Positions 9,542 to 19,155 of a stretch of DNA of 64,000 nt are shown one piece after another; the first letter of the stretch is position 1, and the number at the start of each line of letters is the position of its first letter. Made by a program: the position numbers and the translations under genes. A model generated the notes under the pieces. That model saw only the letters and a list, made by a program, of their open reading frames with translations. It was not told where the DNA came from and did not search any database. The DNA comes from Thermoleophilia bacterium (GTDB taxonomy: Bacteria; Actinomycetota; Thermoleophilia; RBG-16-64-13), in contig JAXGIS010000002.1 of assembly GCA_040770645.1 (NCBI GenBank), positions 20,962-84,961 on the forward strand, read 5' to 3'.

Positions 9542-10840
9542 CTAGCTCATCTCCGCGAAGAGATCGAAGCCTGCCGCATCCACCACCTCGGCTACCACGA
9601 CTTCCCCTCTGACGGGCATGCGCGGCCCAAGGAGGTAGGTGACTCCGTCCACTTCAGGCGCCTGCCCCTCGGTCCGGCCCACCGCCACTATCCCTTCCGG
9701 GGCATCGGGCGGCGCCGGGCCGTCCACCAACACTTCCACGTTACTGCCGATGCGACCGGCAGTGCGCAACTCCCCCACATCCAACAGAGCGGAGGTCAAC
9801 CGCGCCAGGCGCTTGCGGGTCACCCGTGGCGACACGCGCGGCTCCAAGACCGCGGCCGCCGTCCCCTCCTCCGCACTGAAGGCAAACGCGCCGGCGTGGT
9901 CAAGGTCCGCTTCGGTGACGAAATCGAGCAGTTGCTGGAAATCGTCCTCGGTCTCCCCCGGGAAACCAACGATGAAGGTGGAGCGCAGGGAGACGTCGGG
10001 CATGCGCGCGCGTGCCTTCTCGATAAGGTCTAGGTAGTCATGGGCATCGCCCCAGCGCCGCATACGCCGCAACACGGCACGCGACGCGTGCTGAAAAGGC
10101 ATATCCAGATACCGGCAGACACGTGGATGCCCCGCCACCACCTCAAGCAGTCGCTCGTCCACGTGTTCGGGCTGCAGATACATCAACCGCACGCGCGCCA
10201 CTCGTGGGTCTTCGGCCAGTCGCTCCACCAGCTCCGGCAATGAACACCCGTCCTCATGCCACAGCGCTGTGTCTTGCCCAACTAGAACCAGCTCCCTGGC
10301 CCCTTCCGCCAGCACTTGGTCCGCCTGGTCGAGTATCGAGGCCAGAGGTTCGCCGCGATACGGGCCCTTGATCAAGGGAATGGCGCAGAAGCTGCAACGA
10401 TGGTCACAGCCGTCTGAGACCTTGATATAGCCCCAGGCTCCCCTGAGAAGCGAACCCATTCCCCCGGTTGCCGTCTCCGAGCCGGCAACTGCTGCCCCCG
10501 CCGCCACGTGCTCCGCCACTGCGTCTAACTCGCCCACTCCGAACCAAGCTTCCACTTCGGGGATATCGCGTTCGAGTTCGGAACGGTATCGTTGCACCAA
10601 GCAGCCCATCACTACCAGACGGTGGTCCGGGTGGCGCCCCACCACGTCGAAGATGGCCTCCAGCGACTCTTCCTTGGCCTCGCGGATGAAGCCACAAGTG
10701 TTGATTATGACCACATCGGCCGAGGCAGGATCCTCCCCCATCCGCACCCCCCGCGCGCACAGCGCCCGCACGAGCGCGCGGCTGTCCACCTCGTTCTTGG
10801 GGCACCCCAGCGTGTGAACGTAGGCCGACGCGCCCAGAAT
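9542..10840 (-). CDS. rimO: ribosomal protein S12 methylthiotransferase RimO
   Basis: Radical SAM motif CDHRCSFCAIP and a C-terminal TRAM domain. The conserved N-terminal LGCPKNEVDS lies upstream of the track's GTG 10789. In that frame (ILGASAYVHTLGCPKNEVDS) there is no ATG, GTG or TTG, only ATT 10840 or CTG 10837. Confidence 0.85.
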   Translation of the reverse strand: MLGASAYVHTLGCPKNEVDSRALVRALCARGVRMGEDPASADVVIINTCGFIREAKEESLEAIFDVVGRHPDHRLVVMGCLVQRYRSELERDIPEVEAWFGVGELDAVAEHVAAGAAVAGSETATGGMGSLLRGAWGYIKVSDGCDHRCSFCAIPLIKGPYRGEPLASILDQADQVLAEGARELVLVGQDTALWHEDGCSLPELVERLAEDPRVARVRLMYLQPEHVDERLLEVVAGHPRVCRYLDMPFQHASRAVLRRMRRWGDAHDYLDLIEKARARMPDVSLRSTFIVGFPGETEDDFQQLLDFVTEADLDHAGAFAFSAEEGTAAAVLEPRVSPRVTRKRLARLTSALLDVGELRTAGRIGSNVEVLVDGPAPPDAPEGIVAVGRTEGQAPEVDGVTYLLGPRMPVRGEVVVAEVVDAAGFDLFAEMS

Positions 10841-11625
10841 TACAGGCGCTCCAAGCCTGCCGCCGTAACCCGGAAAGTGCCGTACGGTTCCGGCACCTCT
10901 TGCTGCCTCCCGTTGATCTCCATGACCAATGCTGAGGGATTAGCAATATTCATCCACAGGACCTTGGCCGCTGTGAAGGAAACCGTTTCGTTCTCATCTA
11001 GGGTCTGCGCGTAAAGCGTCTTCCCAGCGGCCGAGTCCTCGCGCACGATGAGGTAGCAGCGGTCATTCTGCGCCTTCACCACCACGGTGAGCTCACCGGT
11101 GGCAGCCGTCCCCGACGCGCCCTCGGCTGATGTGAGCGAAGTGGTGACACCCTGTCCTGACGACGACCCACCGGTGGTGACGCTCCGCCCCGACTGCGTG
11201 GTAGTGACGGCGGTCGTAGCCTCCATGGTGGCCGGCGAGTTGCGCCTGTTGCCCCACCCAATCCACGCCAGCAGCAGAATGATGACCAGCGCCATGATTG
11301 CCACCAAGACGTAGTTCGACCGCCGGCCGAGTGCGGAAGAACGGCGCGATCGCAACTTGGTGGGAGGTATACGGTGCGCGTCCAGGAAGCCTGGGTCGTA
11401 CCGCGACATGTACTCTTCCACCAAAGCGTCCGCGTCCAGGCCCAGATACGAGGCGTATGTGCGCATGAAGCCCATGACGAAGGTGGATCCGGGGATAACC
11501 TCGTAGTCTTCCTGCTCCAAGGCCTGCAGATAGCGGGTCCGGATCTTGGTGGCTTCCTCTACGTCGTGGATGGTGAGACCCTGGCGGGTTCGGGCTTCCC
11601 GGAGGGTGTTACCGATCTCTATCAC
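10840..11625 (-). CDS. RodZ-like membrane protein (N-terminal HTH, TM helix, DUF4115-like C-terminus)
   Basis: IGNTLREARTRQGLTIHDVEEATKIRTRYLQALEQEDYEVIPG is the HTH_25 type. It also has a TM segment YVLVAIMALVIILLLAWIGW and a Ser/Thr/Gly linker. Confidence 0.75.
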   Translation of the reverse strand: MIEIGNTLREARTRQGLTIHDVEEATKIRTRYLQALEQEDYEVIPGSTFVMGFMRTYASYLGLDADALVEEYMSRYDPGFLDAHRIPPTKLRSRRSSALGRRSNYVLVAIMALVIILLLAWIGWGNRRNSPATMEATTAVTTTQSGRSVTTGGSSSGQGVTTSLTSAEGASGTAATGELTVVVKAQNDRCYLIVREDSAAGKTLYAQTLDENETVSFTAAKVLWMNIANPSALVMEINGRQQEVPEPYGTFRVTAAGLERL

Positions 11626-12722
11626 GATTCCCGAGCCCCTCCCCCACTGAGGACTGATGCGATCCCCGCTCTGAGCCGCCGAGCGTCGGCCTCGGCATCG
11701 GCTCCCGTGACCAGTCTCAGGACGAAGTCCCGGCCTTCGACCGATGATCGCTGGTACAGAGGGTCATAGTAATGGACGAGCAATACCTGCACCACCTCCG
11801 CAAATCTACCATCCTCGAAAGCGGTTCTCAAGGAGGCCGCCGTGGAGGCCGGAAGCGAGGCGCCTATGAGAGCGATGCTCTCCAAGAAGTGACGCCGCTC
11901 CTGTGCCGACCAAGCGCTAGGGGCGTACTCGTGCAGTATGCGCTGTGTTCTGACTTCCACAGGCGCCGCCACGTGCACCGGGCGCCCTGTGCTGATGGCG
12001 GCGGCCACCGCAGCCGGCAGTGACAAGCGCCCAATGCGCCGCCCCTCGCCCTCGAGAAGCAGATAATCGCCATGGGGGCATCTCAGTTGGTCCCACAGCA
12101 GAGCTTCGAAGTCCTTCTGCGTGCGTTCTCCCGGTTGATGCAGCCCTCCCAGCAACGATCCCCGATGAAGCGCCAATCCCTCTAGATCCACCACCCAGGG
12201 ACGAGGGCGTTGCCCTCGCCCGCCCATTCCGCGCAGAGTACGCAACAACTGGCTCTTGCCCGAGCCCGTGGGTCCGTGAAGCGTGAACACCGGCACAGGC
12301 GGCGCCCAGTGTTCGAGCGACTCCCGTACCCAGCGTCGATAGGCTCGGTAACCCCCCCGCACCTGCACGGCATGAACGCCCACCAGGGCCAAGAGCAAGA
12401 CTACGTTCCGACTTCTCTCCCCTCCGCGCCAGCATAAGACGGCCGGTCTCTTCCGCGGCGGCAGGGCTGCCAGGAGCGTTCGCAGATACTGCGGCAGAAT
12501 GGGGCTCACGGTGTCCATCGCTGCCAAGCGCGCCGCCTGAGAGCCGAGCTGCGCGTAGACCGTGCCCACGTGGGCCCGTGCCTCGTCGTCCAAGAGCGGC
12601 AGGTTCACGGAGCCGGGAACCGAGCCGGTGTCAAATTCCACCGGTGCCCGCACATCGACCACCAAGTAGCGCCCCTGCACAGCCTCTTCCGGTTCGATGC
12701 AGGGAACCGTCACCCCGCTCAC
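11622..12722 (-). CDS. selU: tRNA 2-selenouridine synthase
   Basis: Rhodanese domain with active-site CWRGGERS, followed by the P-loop GPTGSGKSQLL. 366 aa, intact. Confidence 0.82.
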   Translation of the reverse strand: MSGVTVPCIEPEEAVQGRYLVVDVRAPVEFDTGSVPGSVNLPLLDDEARAHVGTVYAQLGSQAARLAAMDTVSPILPQYLRTLLAALPPRKRPAVLCWRGGERSRNVVLLLALVGVHAVQVRGGYRAYRRWVRESLEHWAPPVPVFTLHGPTGSGKSQLLRTLRGMGGRGQRPRPWVVDLEGLALHRGSLLGGLHQPGERTQKDFEALLWDQLRCPHGDYLLLEGEGRRIGRLSLPAAVAAAISTGRPVHVAAPVEVRTQRILHEYAPSAWSAQERRHFLESIALIGASLPASTAASLRTAFEDGRFAEVVQVLLVHYYDPLYQRSSVEGRDFVLRLVTGADAEADARRLRAGIASVLSGGGARES

Positions 12723-12737
12723 GGCCGTACGGTGACG

Positions 12738-15398
12738 CTAATCGGCCTCATCCTCGCTGCCCTCTTCATCGAAAGTCAGCTGTGGGGGCCGGCCCGATCG
12801 CACCTCGTTGCGGAGCCCTTCAAGCACCTGCAATCGTTCGATGGGCTTCACCAAGACTTGGCGCGGTTTGCTCCCTTCGTAAGGGCCCACGATCCCCCGT
12901 CTCTCAAGCATGTCGATGAGCCTGCCCGCCCGCGTGTACCCCACGCGCAGCCGGCGCTGGAGCATAGACACCGAAGCGTTGCCCGTGTCGAGCACCAGTT
13001 CGGCCGCATCGGCAATCAGCTCGTCAGAGTCGGGGTCAAACACGGCCTCCTCGGCCATGGCCTCCTCCGGGCTCTGCAACAATTCCTTCTGGAAGGTGGG
13101 TTCGGCCTGACGACGCCAATGGGTCACCAAGGTATGGATCTCCTCTTCGGTGATGAAAGCGCCCTGGATACGCTGTAGCCGGCTCGATCCCAACGGCTTG
13201 AAGAGCATGTCCCCTGAGCCCAGCAGTGCTTCGGCCCCATTCACGTCCAGAATCACGCGGGAGTCCGTCTGGCTGGACACGGCAAAGGCGATGCGTGAGG
13301 GGATGTTGGCCTTGATCATGCCGGTTATGACATCGGCCGACGGCCGCTGGGTGGCCACGACCAAGTATATCCCCACGGCCCTCGCTTTCTGCGCCAAGCG
13401 AATGACACACTCCTCCACTTCCGCCGGGGATACCATCATGAGATCGGCCAACTCATCGATGACGATGAGAACATAAGGCAACACCGGTTCGCCGCGACGA
13501 ACGCGCGCACGGTTGGTCTCGTACAGGTTGCGGGCCTTGACCATCTCCATGAGCGTGTACCGCTCGTCCATCTCGCGAACCAGGTTGGACAGCACACCCG
13601 CCGCGCTTTTCATTTTGGTCACCACCGGGACCAACAGATGCGGAATACGCTCGTAGTGCGACAGCTCCACCTTCTTGGGATCGATCATCACCATGCGCAC
13701 CTGTTCCGGCGTGGATCGCAGCAACACCGAGGAGATGATGCAGTTGATGCAGCCGCTCTTGCCCGAGCCCGTGGTGCCGGCGATGAGCAGATGCGGCATC
13801 TTGGTCAAGTCGGTGTAAACGGCCTTGCCGGCGATGTCCTTCCCCAACCACACCATGAGCGGCCCGGCCGACGCGGGGAACTCGCGATAGATATCGCCCA
13901 AGGTCACGTAATCAGGGCGTTGGTTGGGCACCTCCACCCCCACGGCGCTCTTGCCGGGGATGGGGGCCAGGATTCTGATCTCGGTCGTGGCCAGCGCGTA
14001 GGCGATGTCGTCTTTGAGGTTGGTGACCTTGTTCACTTTGGTGCCGGGGGCCAGTTGAAGCTCGTAACGTGTCACCCGCGGACCCACCACGGTTCCCGAT
14101 ACCCGCGCGTCCACTCCGAAGTGCGCCAGGGTCTCCACCAACAGAGGCCCGACTTCCTGGTTGGCGCGCACATCTGCTGCGGCCGCCGCCTGACTCTTGC
14201 GCAATATGACGCTCTCCGGGAGCACGTAATCTGGGCCGGCCGCCTCAGGCTCACCTGAACCTTGTGTCTCCTCGGGTCCGGACCCGCCGCCGGACTTCTC
14301 TTCCGCCGCGCCGGCGCCTGCCGCCGGAGCGGCCTCCTCTTCCTCTACGCCAGACCGGAGACCCACGACCGCCCCGCCGGCCGTCTGCGCCGCCACCGCC
14401 GCATCGGCCACAACATCCCCCTCCGTGCGCAGCCCGGGCTGTGATACTACCTGGGTCCCGTGCCGTCTCCCCCTGCTGGTATGTCTCCGAGCCCTCCTGC
14501 AGGCCCGGTTCCGCATCCAAGTCTGCCACTCCGGCCTCGCCCGCGTAGAAGTCGGGGAAATCGGTGGCCGCATCCGCGCAGTCTCACCGGAGACCCTTGT
14601 CGAGCCGTCAGCAGTGGCCTGCGACCGCCCATGCGCTCGGTCTCCGCTCCCGCGTCCAAGGGTGCTCCCGGCCCGGCGTACACGGTCTCCTCGGGCCACG
14701 CAGCCCAGACACCGCCCTCCTCGTCAAGCTCATCCGGCGCTCCAGGGCCAAAACCGGAGAGATACGGGTCATCCAGCGGCCCAGGCCTATCGCTCGGCCT
14801 TGTACGCTTCCTAACGGTGGTGGAGGCAGCATGACCTACGGCGCGTGCCGCTCTGCGGGTGCCTTGGGCCATTCGTCTGAGCGTCCAGCCCGTAACCAGG
14901 CTGATGCCGGCCACCAAGCTGAGCCAACCCACCAGCGCCAACCCCACCTGCCCCAGCAGGCCGGAGACGCCGACGTAGAGCACTTCCCCACGCCCCCGCG
15001 CAGCCGGTACACGCCGGAGACGAACTCAGCGGCCGGATGCGGCGGCCCGAAAGGCGAAGCCCCCGCCAACAGTATGAACAGGCTGAGAAGAATGAGGATG
15101 GAACCTGCCACCACCGCGCCGGCCGGGAGACGCGAGCCCGCCCCATGAGCACCACGGCCAGTGCCAACAAAGCCACCGGTACCAAGAACGCCAGGCGTCC
15201 CAAGGCCACTTCCAACGCCCCGGCAGCGGCCCCGCCAAGCACGCCGCCACCGGTGCCCACGACCAATACAAGGTGAGAAAAACGCGGCTGTCACCTAAGG
15301 TGGCCAGTCCCCACAACTCACGTGCGTGGCTTTCCGGGGGGGTGCGGCCGCGCCTGGTAGCCGGCGACCCCCGCGCGCCCGCACTTCCGTGGGCGCAT
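12738..15398 (-). pseudogene. ftsK: DNA translocase FtsK, N-terminal membrane/linker region split over several frames
   Basis: The motor is intact in ORF 12738..14699 (GTTGSGKSGCIN, VIDELADLMM, gamma wHTH VSMLQRRLRVGYTRAGRLIDMLE). The TM helices are spread over ORFs 15026..15316, 14811..15266, 14836..15294 and 14447..14983. The proposed start is ATG 15398, with a frame change at the G7 run 15336-15342. Other changes fall near 15255, 15130, 14985 and 14450-14700. The start and the exact path are uncertain. Confidence 0.8.
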
Positions 15399-15442
15399 CT
15401 CCACCGCCCGCACCGGGCGTTTCCTCTGCTGCCCCGTGGACA

Positions 15443-17104
15443 CTAGACCTCCACGATGATGGGAAGCACGAGCGGGCGCCGCCGCGTCTTCCGATACAGG
15501 AACCTCTGAAGGAAGTCGTGGATGTGCATCTTCAGGATGGAGGTGTCGGTGATGTTCTGCAACTCGTCACGATGGAGCGTCTCAATCAACTCGCCGCGCG
15601 CTTCTTGGATCAACTCCTCCACGTCTCCAGAGTGGACGAAGCCACGGAACACCAACTCGGGCACATCCGAGAGGGATCCGTCTTGAGCGCTCATGGTGAC
15701 CACCACTATCACGATCCCATCTGTGGCCAGGTGGGTGCGGTCACGCAGCACCAGTTCCCCGATGCCGCGCATGGCCATCCCGTCCACGTAGATCATGCCG
15801 GCCTGCACACGACCGCCCACCCAGGCTTCCTCCTCGGCCAGTTCGAGCACGTCACCGTTCTCAAGGATGAATACGTCTTCCTCCGACATCCCCGTTTCTT
15901 GGGCCAGCCGTGAATGGAGTTGCAGGTGGCGGGCCTCGCCGTGGACCGGCATGAAATAGCGGGGCCGCACAAGGTTCAACATCATCTTCAGCTCTTCAGC
16001 TGCGGCGTGCCCTGAGACGTGTACCTCAGCCTCAGCTCCATAAACCACATTGGCGCCCTCGGCGTAGAGGCGGTTGACGGTGCGCAAAACGCTCCTCTCG
16101 TTTCCCGGCACAGGCCGGGCCGAGATGACCACGGTATCGCTGGGCTTGATCTCCACCGCATGGTGATCCCCCGCTGCCATGCGCGCAAGCGCCGACATGG
16201 GCTCCCCCTGACTGCCGGTGCTGATAATGACCAACTCATCATCTTCGTACTGGGAGATCTCCTGCGGGCGGATCAGGGTACCCTCAGGGATGCGCAAATA
16301 CCCCAGGTTCGACGCGATGTTGACATTTCGCGTCATGCTCCGCCCCACCACCGCCACCCGTCGCCCGTGGCGGGCTGCCGTGGAGATGACCTGCTGAATA
16401 CGATGGATGTGGCTGGCAAAGCAGGCCACGATAACCCGCCCCGGAGCCGTGGCCATGATGGTGTCCAGACGCCGCCCCACGGAGATCTCGGCGGGGGTGA
16501 GACCCGGGATCTCAGCGTTGGTGGAATCAGAGAGCAGCAGCAGCACGCCTTCAGCCCCAAGTGCCGCGAAACGATGCAGTGCCGTTAGTCTCCCGTCCAC
16601 CGGTGATTGGTCGAGCTTGAAGTCCCCCGTATGCACCACCACCCCCACCGGCGTGTGGATGGCCAGACCCAAGCCATCGGGGATGCTGTGGCACACTTCT
16701 AAGAACTCCACCGTGAACGGCCCCAGCTCAACCGGTTTGGCCGGTCCCACTTCGTGTAGATCCACGTGTCCCTGCAGGCCGTGCTCGCCCAGCTTACCGT
16801 TGATTAGACCCAAGGTGAGCCTGGAACCAAAAACAGGCATGTCCGCCTGCTTGAGCAGGTAGGGCAACGCGCCCACGTGGTCCTCGTGGCCGTGGGTGAT
16901 CAATACACCCAACGCCTTGTCCCGGTTCTCGAGCACATAACTGAAATCGGGCAGAACGAGGTCTACCCCGAGCATGTCCTCGTCGGGGAACATAAGCCCA
17001 CAGTCGACCACGAGCATGCTGTCGTCGTACTCGATCACGGTCATGTTCTTCCCGATGGCCCCCAGGCCACCGAGAGGAATCACTCTGAGAATTGCGTCGT
17101 TCAC
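15443..17104 (-). CDS. rnj: ribonuclease J
   Basis: Metallo-beta-lactamase motif HGHEDHVGALPYLL with beta-CASP. The likely GTG start at 17104 directly follows the dapB stop. The track ORF runs to 17134. Confidence 0.93.
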   Translation of the reverse strand: MNDAILRVIPLGGLGAIGKNMTVIEYDDSMLVVDCGLMFPDEDMLGVDLVLPDFSYVLENRDKALGVLITHGHEDHVGALPYLLKQADMPVFGSRLTLGLINGKLGEHGLQGHVDLHEVGPAKPVELGPFTVEFLEVCHSIPDGLGLAIHTPVGVVVHTGDFKLDQSPVDGRLTALHRFAALGAEGVLLLLSDSTNAEIPGLTPAEISVGRRLDTIMATAPGRVIVACFASHIHRIQQVISTAARHGRRVAVVGRSMTRNVNIASNLGYLRIPEGTLIRPQEISQYEDDELVIISTGSQGEPMSALARMAAGDHHAVEIKPSDTVVISARPVPGNERSVLRTVNRLYAEGANVVYGAEAEVHVSGHAAAEELKMMLNLVRPRYFMPVHGEARHLQLHSRLAQETGMSEEDVFILENGDVLELAEEEAWVGGRVQAGMIYVDGMAMRGIGELVLRDRTHLATDGIVIVVVTMSAQDGSLSDVPELVFRGFVHSGDVEELIQEARGELIETLHRDELQNITDTSILKMHIHDFLQRFLYRKTRRRPLVLPIIVEV

Positions 17105-17105
17105 G

Positions 17106-17846
17106 TTAAAGTATGTTCTCCAGTCCCACCACAACTCCCTGCAGCGCCCACACCCGTTTCACGGCCAACACCACCCCGGGCATGAACGACTCCCGGGACA
17201 GCGAGTCGTGGCGAAGAGTCAAGGTCTCCCCCCACCCGCCGAAGATGACTTCTTGGTGCGCCACCAGACCCGGAAGCCGCACGCTATGCATGGGCACTCG
17301 CCCCTCCTGCCCGCGCGTGGTCCACGCGTCCTCTATCAGAGCGGCCGTACGCTTGGCCGTCCCTGAAGGGGCGTCCAATTTGCGTGGATGGTGCAACTCC
17401 ACGATCTCACAGGCGTCGAGATGGCGGGCGGCTTCGCGTGCAAACTGCATCATGAGCACGGCCCCCAGGGCAAAGTTGGGCGCCACGAACACCGGGACCC
17501 CGGCACGGGTGCTCTCCTCCTCGATCCGCGCCAGATCAGCCGCCGACAGCCCCGTGGTTCCCACCACCGGCGCCACGCCGTGGGCCAAGGCCTCCAGCAC
17601 GTTGGCGAGCACGGCTTGGGGTTGAGTGAAGTCCACAAGCACATCTACTTCGGAGCCCTGCAGAGCTGCGGCCACAGACGAGTAGTGGGCGCAGTCGTCG
17701 GGAAATGGATCCGCCGACGAGACGTAGATTGGATCGATGGCGGCCACCAACATCAAATCGGGATCACCGGCCACCGCGGCACAAGTGAAGCGCCCCATGC
17801 TACCGAGCGCCCCGCTCACGGCCACACGCACCGCGCCCTCCATCAC
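17106..17846 (-). CDS. dapB: 4-hydroxy-tetrahydrodipicolinate reductase
   Basis: VAVSGALGSMGR NAD(P) site and the ELHHPRKLDAPSGTA signature. Confidence 0.93.
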   Translation of the reverse strand: MMEGAVRVAVSGALGSMGRFTCAAVAGDPDLMLVAAIDPIYVSSADPFPDDCAHYSSVAAALQGSEVDVLVDFTQPQAVLANVLEALAHGVAPVVGTTGLSAADLARIEEESTRAGVPVFVAPNFALGAVLMMQFAREAARHLDACEIVELHHPRKLDAPSGTAKRTAALIEDAWTTRGQEGRVPMHSVRLPGLVAHQEVIFGGWGETLTLRHDSLSRESFMPGVVLAVKRVWALQGVVVGLENIL

Positions 17847-17903
17847 AGTCCCTCCTTGCTGCTGATCATGGGGTTCCCGAACAAAGGATATGTGGGAGCC
17901 GGA

Positions 17904-19149
17904 TCACGACGGGAGCGAGGCACGGAATACATCTTCATCCGCGCCGATGGCCGCAACGGAGAGCAACTCGGGGTCCAGCAGCTCCTCGGCCAGAGAACGG
18001 ACACCTTCCGCAGTGACCGCATCTATGCGCGCCGCCACCTCATCCAGTGACAGGATCTCCGTATTGGTTACCACGCCCTTACCAAGTCGGGTCATGCGAC
18101 TGGAAGTGCTCTCCAAACCCAAGATCACTCTACCTTTGAGGTGTTCCCGCGCCCGCACCAACTCCTCTTCGCTCACAGGCTCCGTACGCAGACGCTCCAT
18201 CTCCCGGCGAACCGTCTCCATGACCTGGTTCAGGCGCTCGGGACGACAACCGAAGTACACGCCGGTCAGACCCGTTTCACGATACATGGCGGCGAAAGAG
18301 AAGATGCTGTAAACAAATCCGCGCTTCTCCCTGACCTCTTGGAAAAGGCGTGAACTCAAGGAGCCCCCGAAGAGGCTGTCGAGCACGGAGAGGGTGAATC
18401 GTCGCGCATCGTGACGGGCGAGGCCCGGCCCTCCCAGACAAACGTGGACCTGCTCGGTTTCCTTGGCCAAGAATGCGGTGCCGGCCTTCCACTCCACATT
18501 GGCATCCGCACGCTGTACTCCGTGCCCGTTGTGAGTGTCGTGCTTGGCCAGCACCAACTCGCGCAACCGATCGTGATCAATGTCACCGGCTGCAGCCACC
18601 ACCATGTCGCTCAACGCGAAATGCCGGTGGTGGTAATTGCGGATGCGCTCCTCGGGCATCTCGGCGATGCTGTGGCGTGACCCCAGAATCGTGTGGCCCA
18701 AGGGGTGATTCGCGAAGACAGTCCGAGCAAACAGATCGTGGATTAGATCCTGGGGCGCATCCTCGTACATGGCGATCTCTTCCAAGATGACCTGCCGTTC
18801 TCGGTCCAGATCCGCGAACGTGGGTGTCAACAGCATATCCACCAGCACATCGAGGGCGCGCTCCAGATGCTCATCCAAGACGCGACCGTACACCACCACG
18901 TACTCTTTGGAGGTGGCGGCGTTCAACTCGCCACCGATGCTGTCGAACTCCTGTGCGATCTCCTCGGCCGTGAAACGAGAGGGCCCTTGAACAGCAGATG
19001 CTCTATGATGGGTCACCCCGGCGTGGGCCTCGTCTTCATCACGCGCCCCGCCGGGATCCAGAACCCCCAGACGCGCAGGGCAGGTGATCCAGCCGCTCGG
19101 TGATGAGCTGCTGGCCGTTGGGCAGAGTCTCGAGCCGGTAATCCTGAAT
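17904..19149 (-). pseudogene. M16 family zinc peptidase (pitrilysin-like), N-terminal 170 nt riddled with indels
   Basis: The body is intact ([25 protein letters not shown]... to the stop at 17904). The N-terminus [41 protein letters not shown] and the zinc motif IEHLLFKG each sit in different frames between about 18985 and 19150. There is no canonical start after the pnp stop; the first in-frame candidate is ATT 19149. Confidence 0.75.
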
Positions 19150-19155
19150 GGCCGC

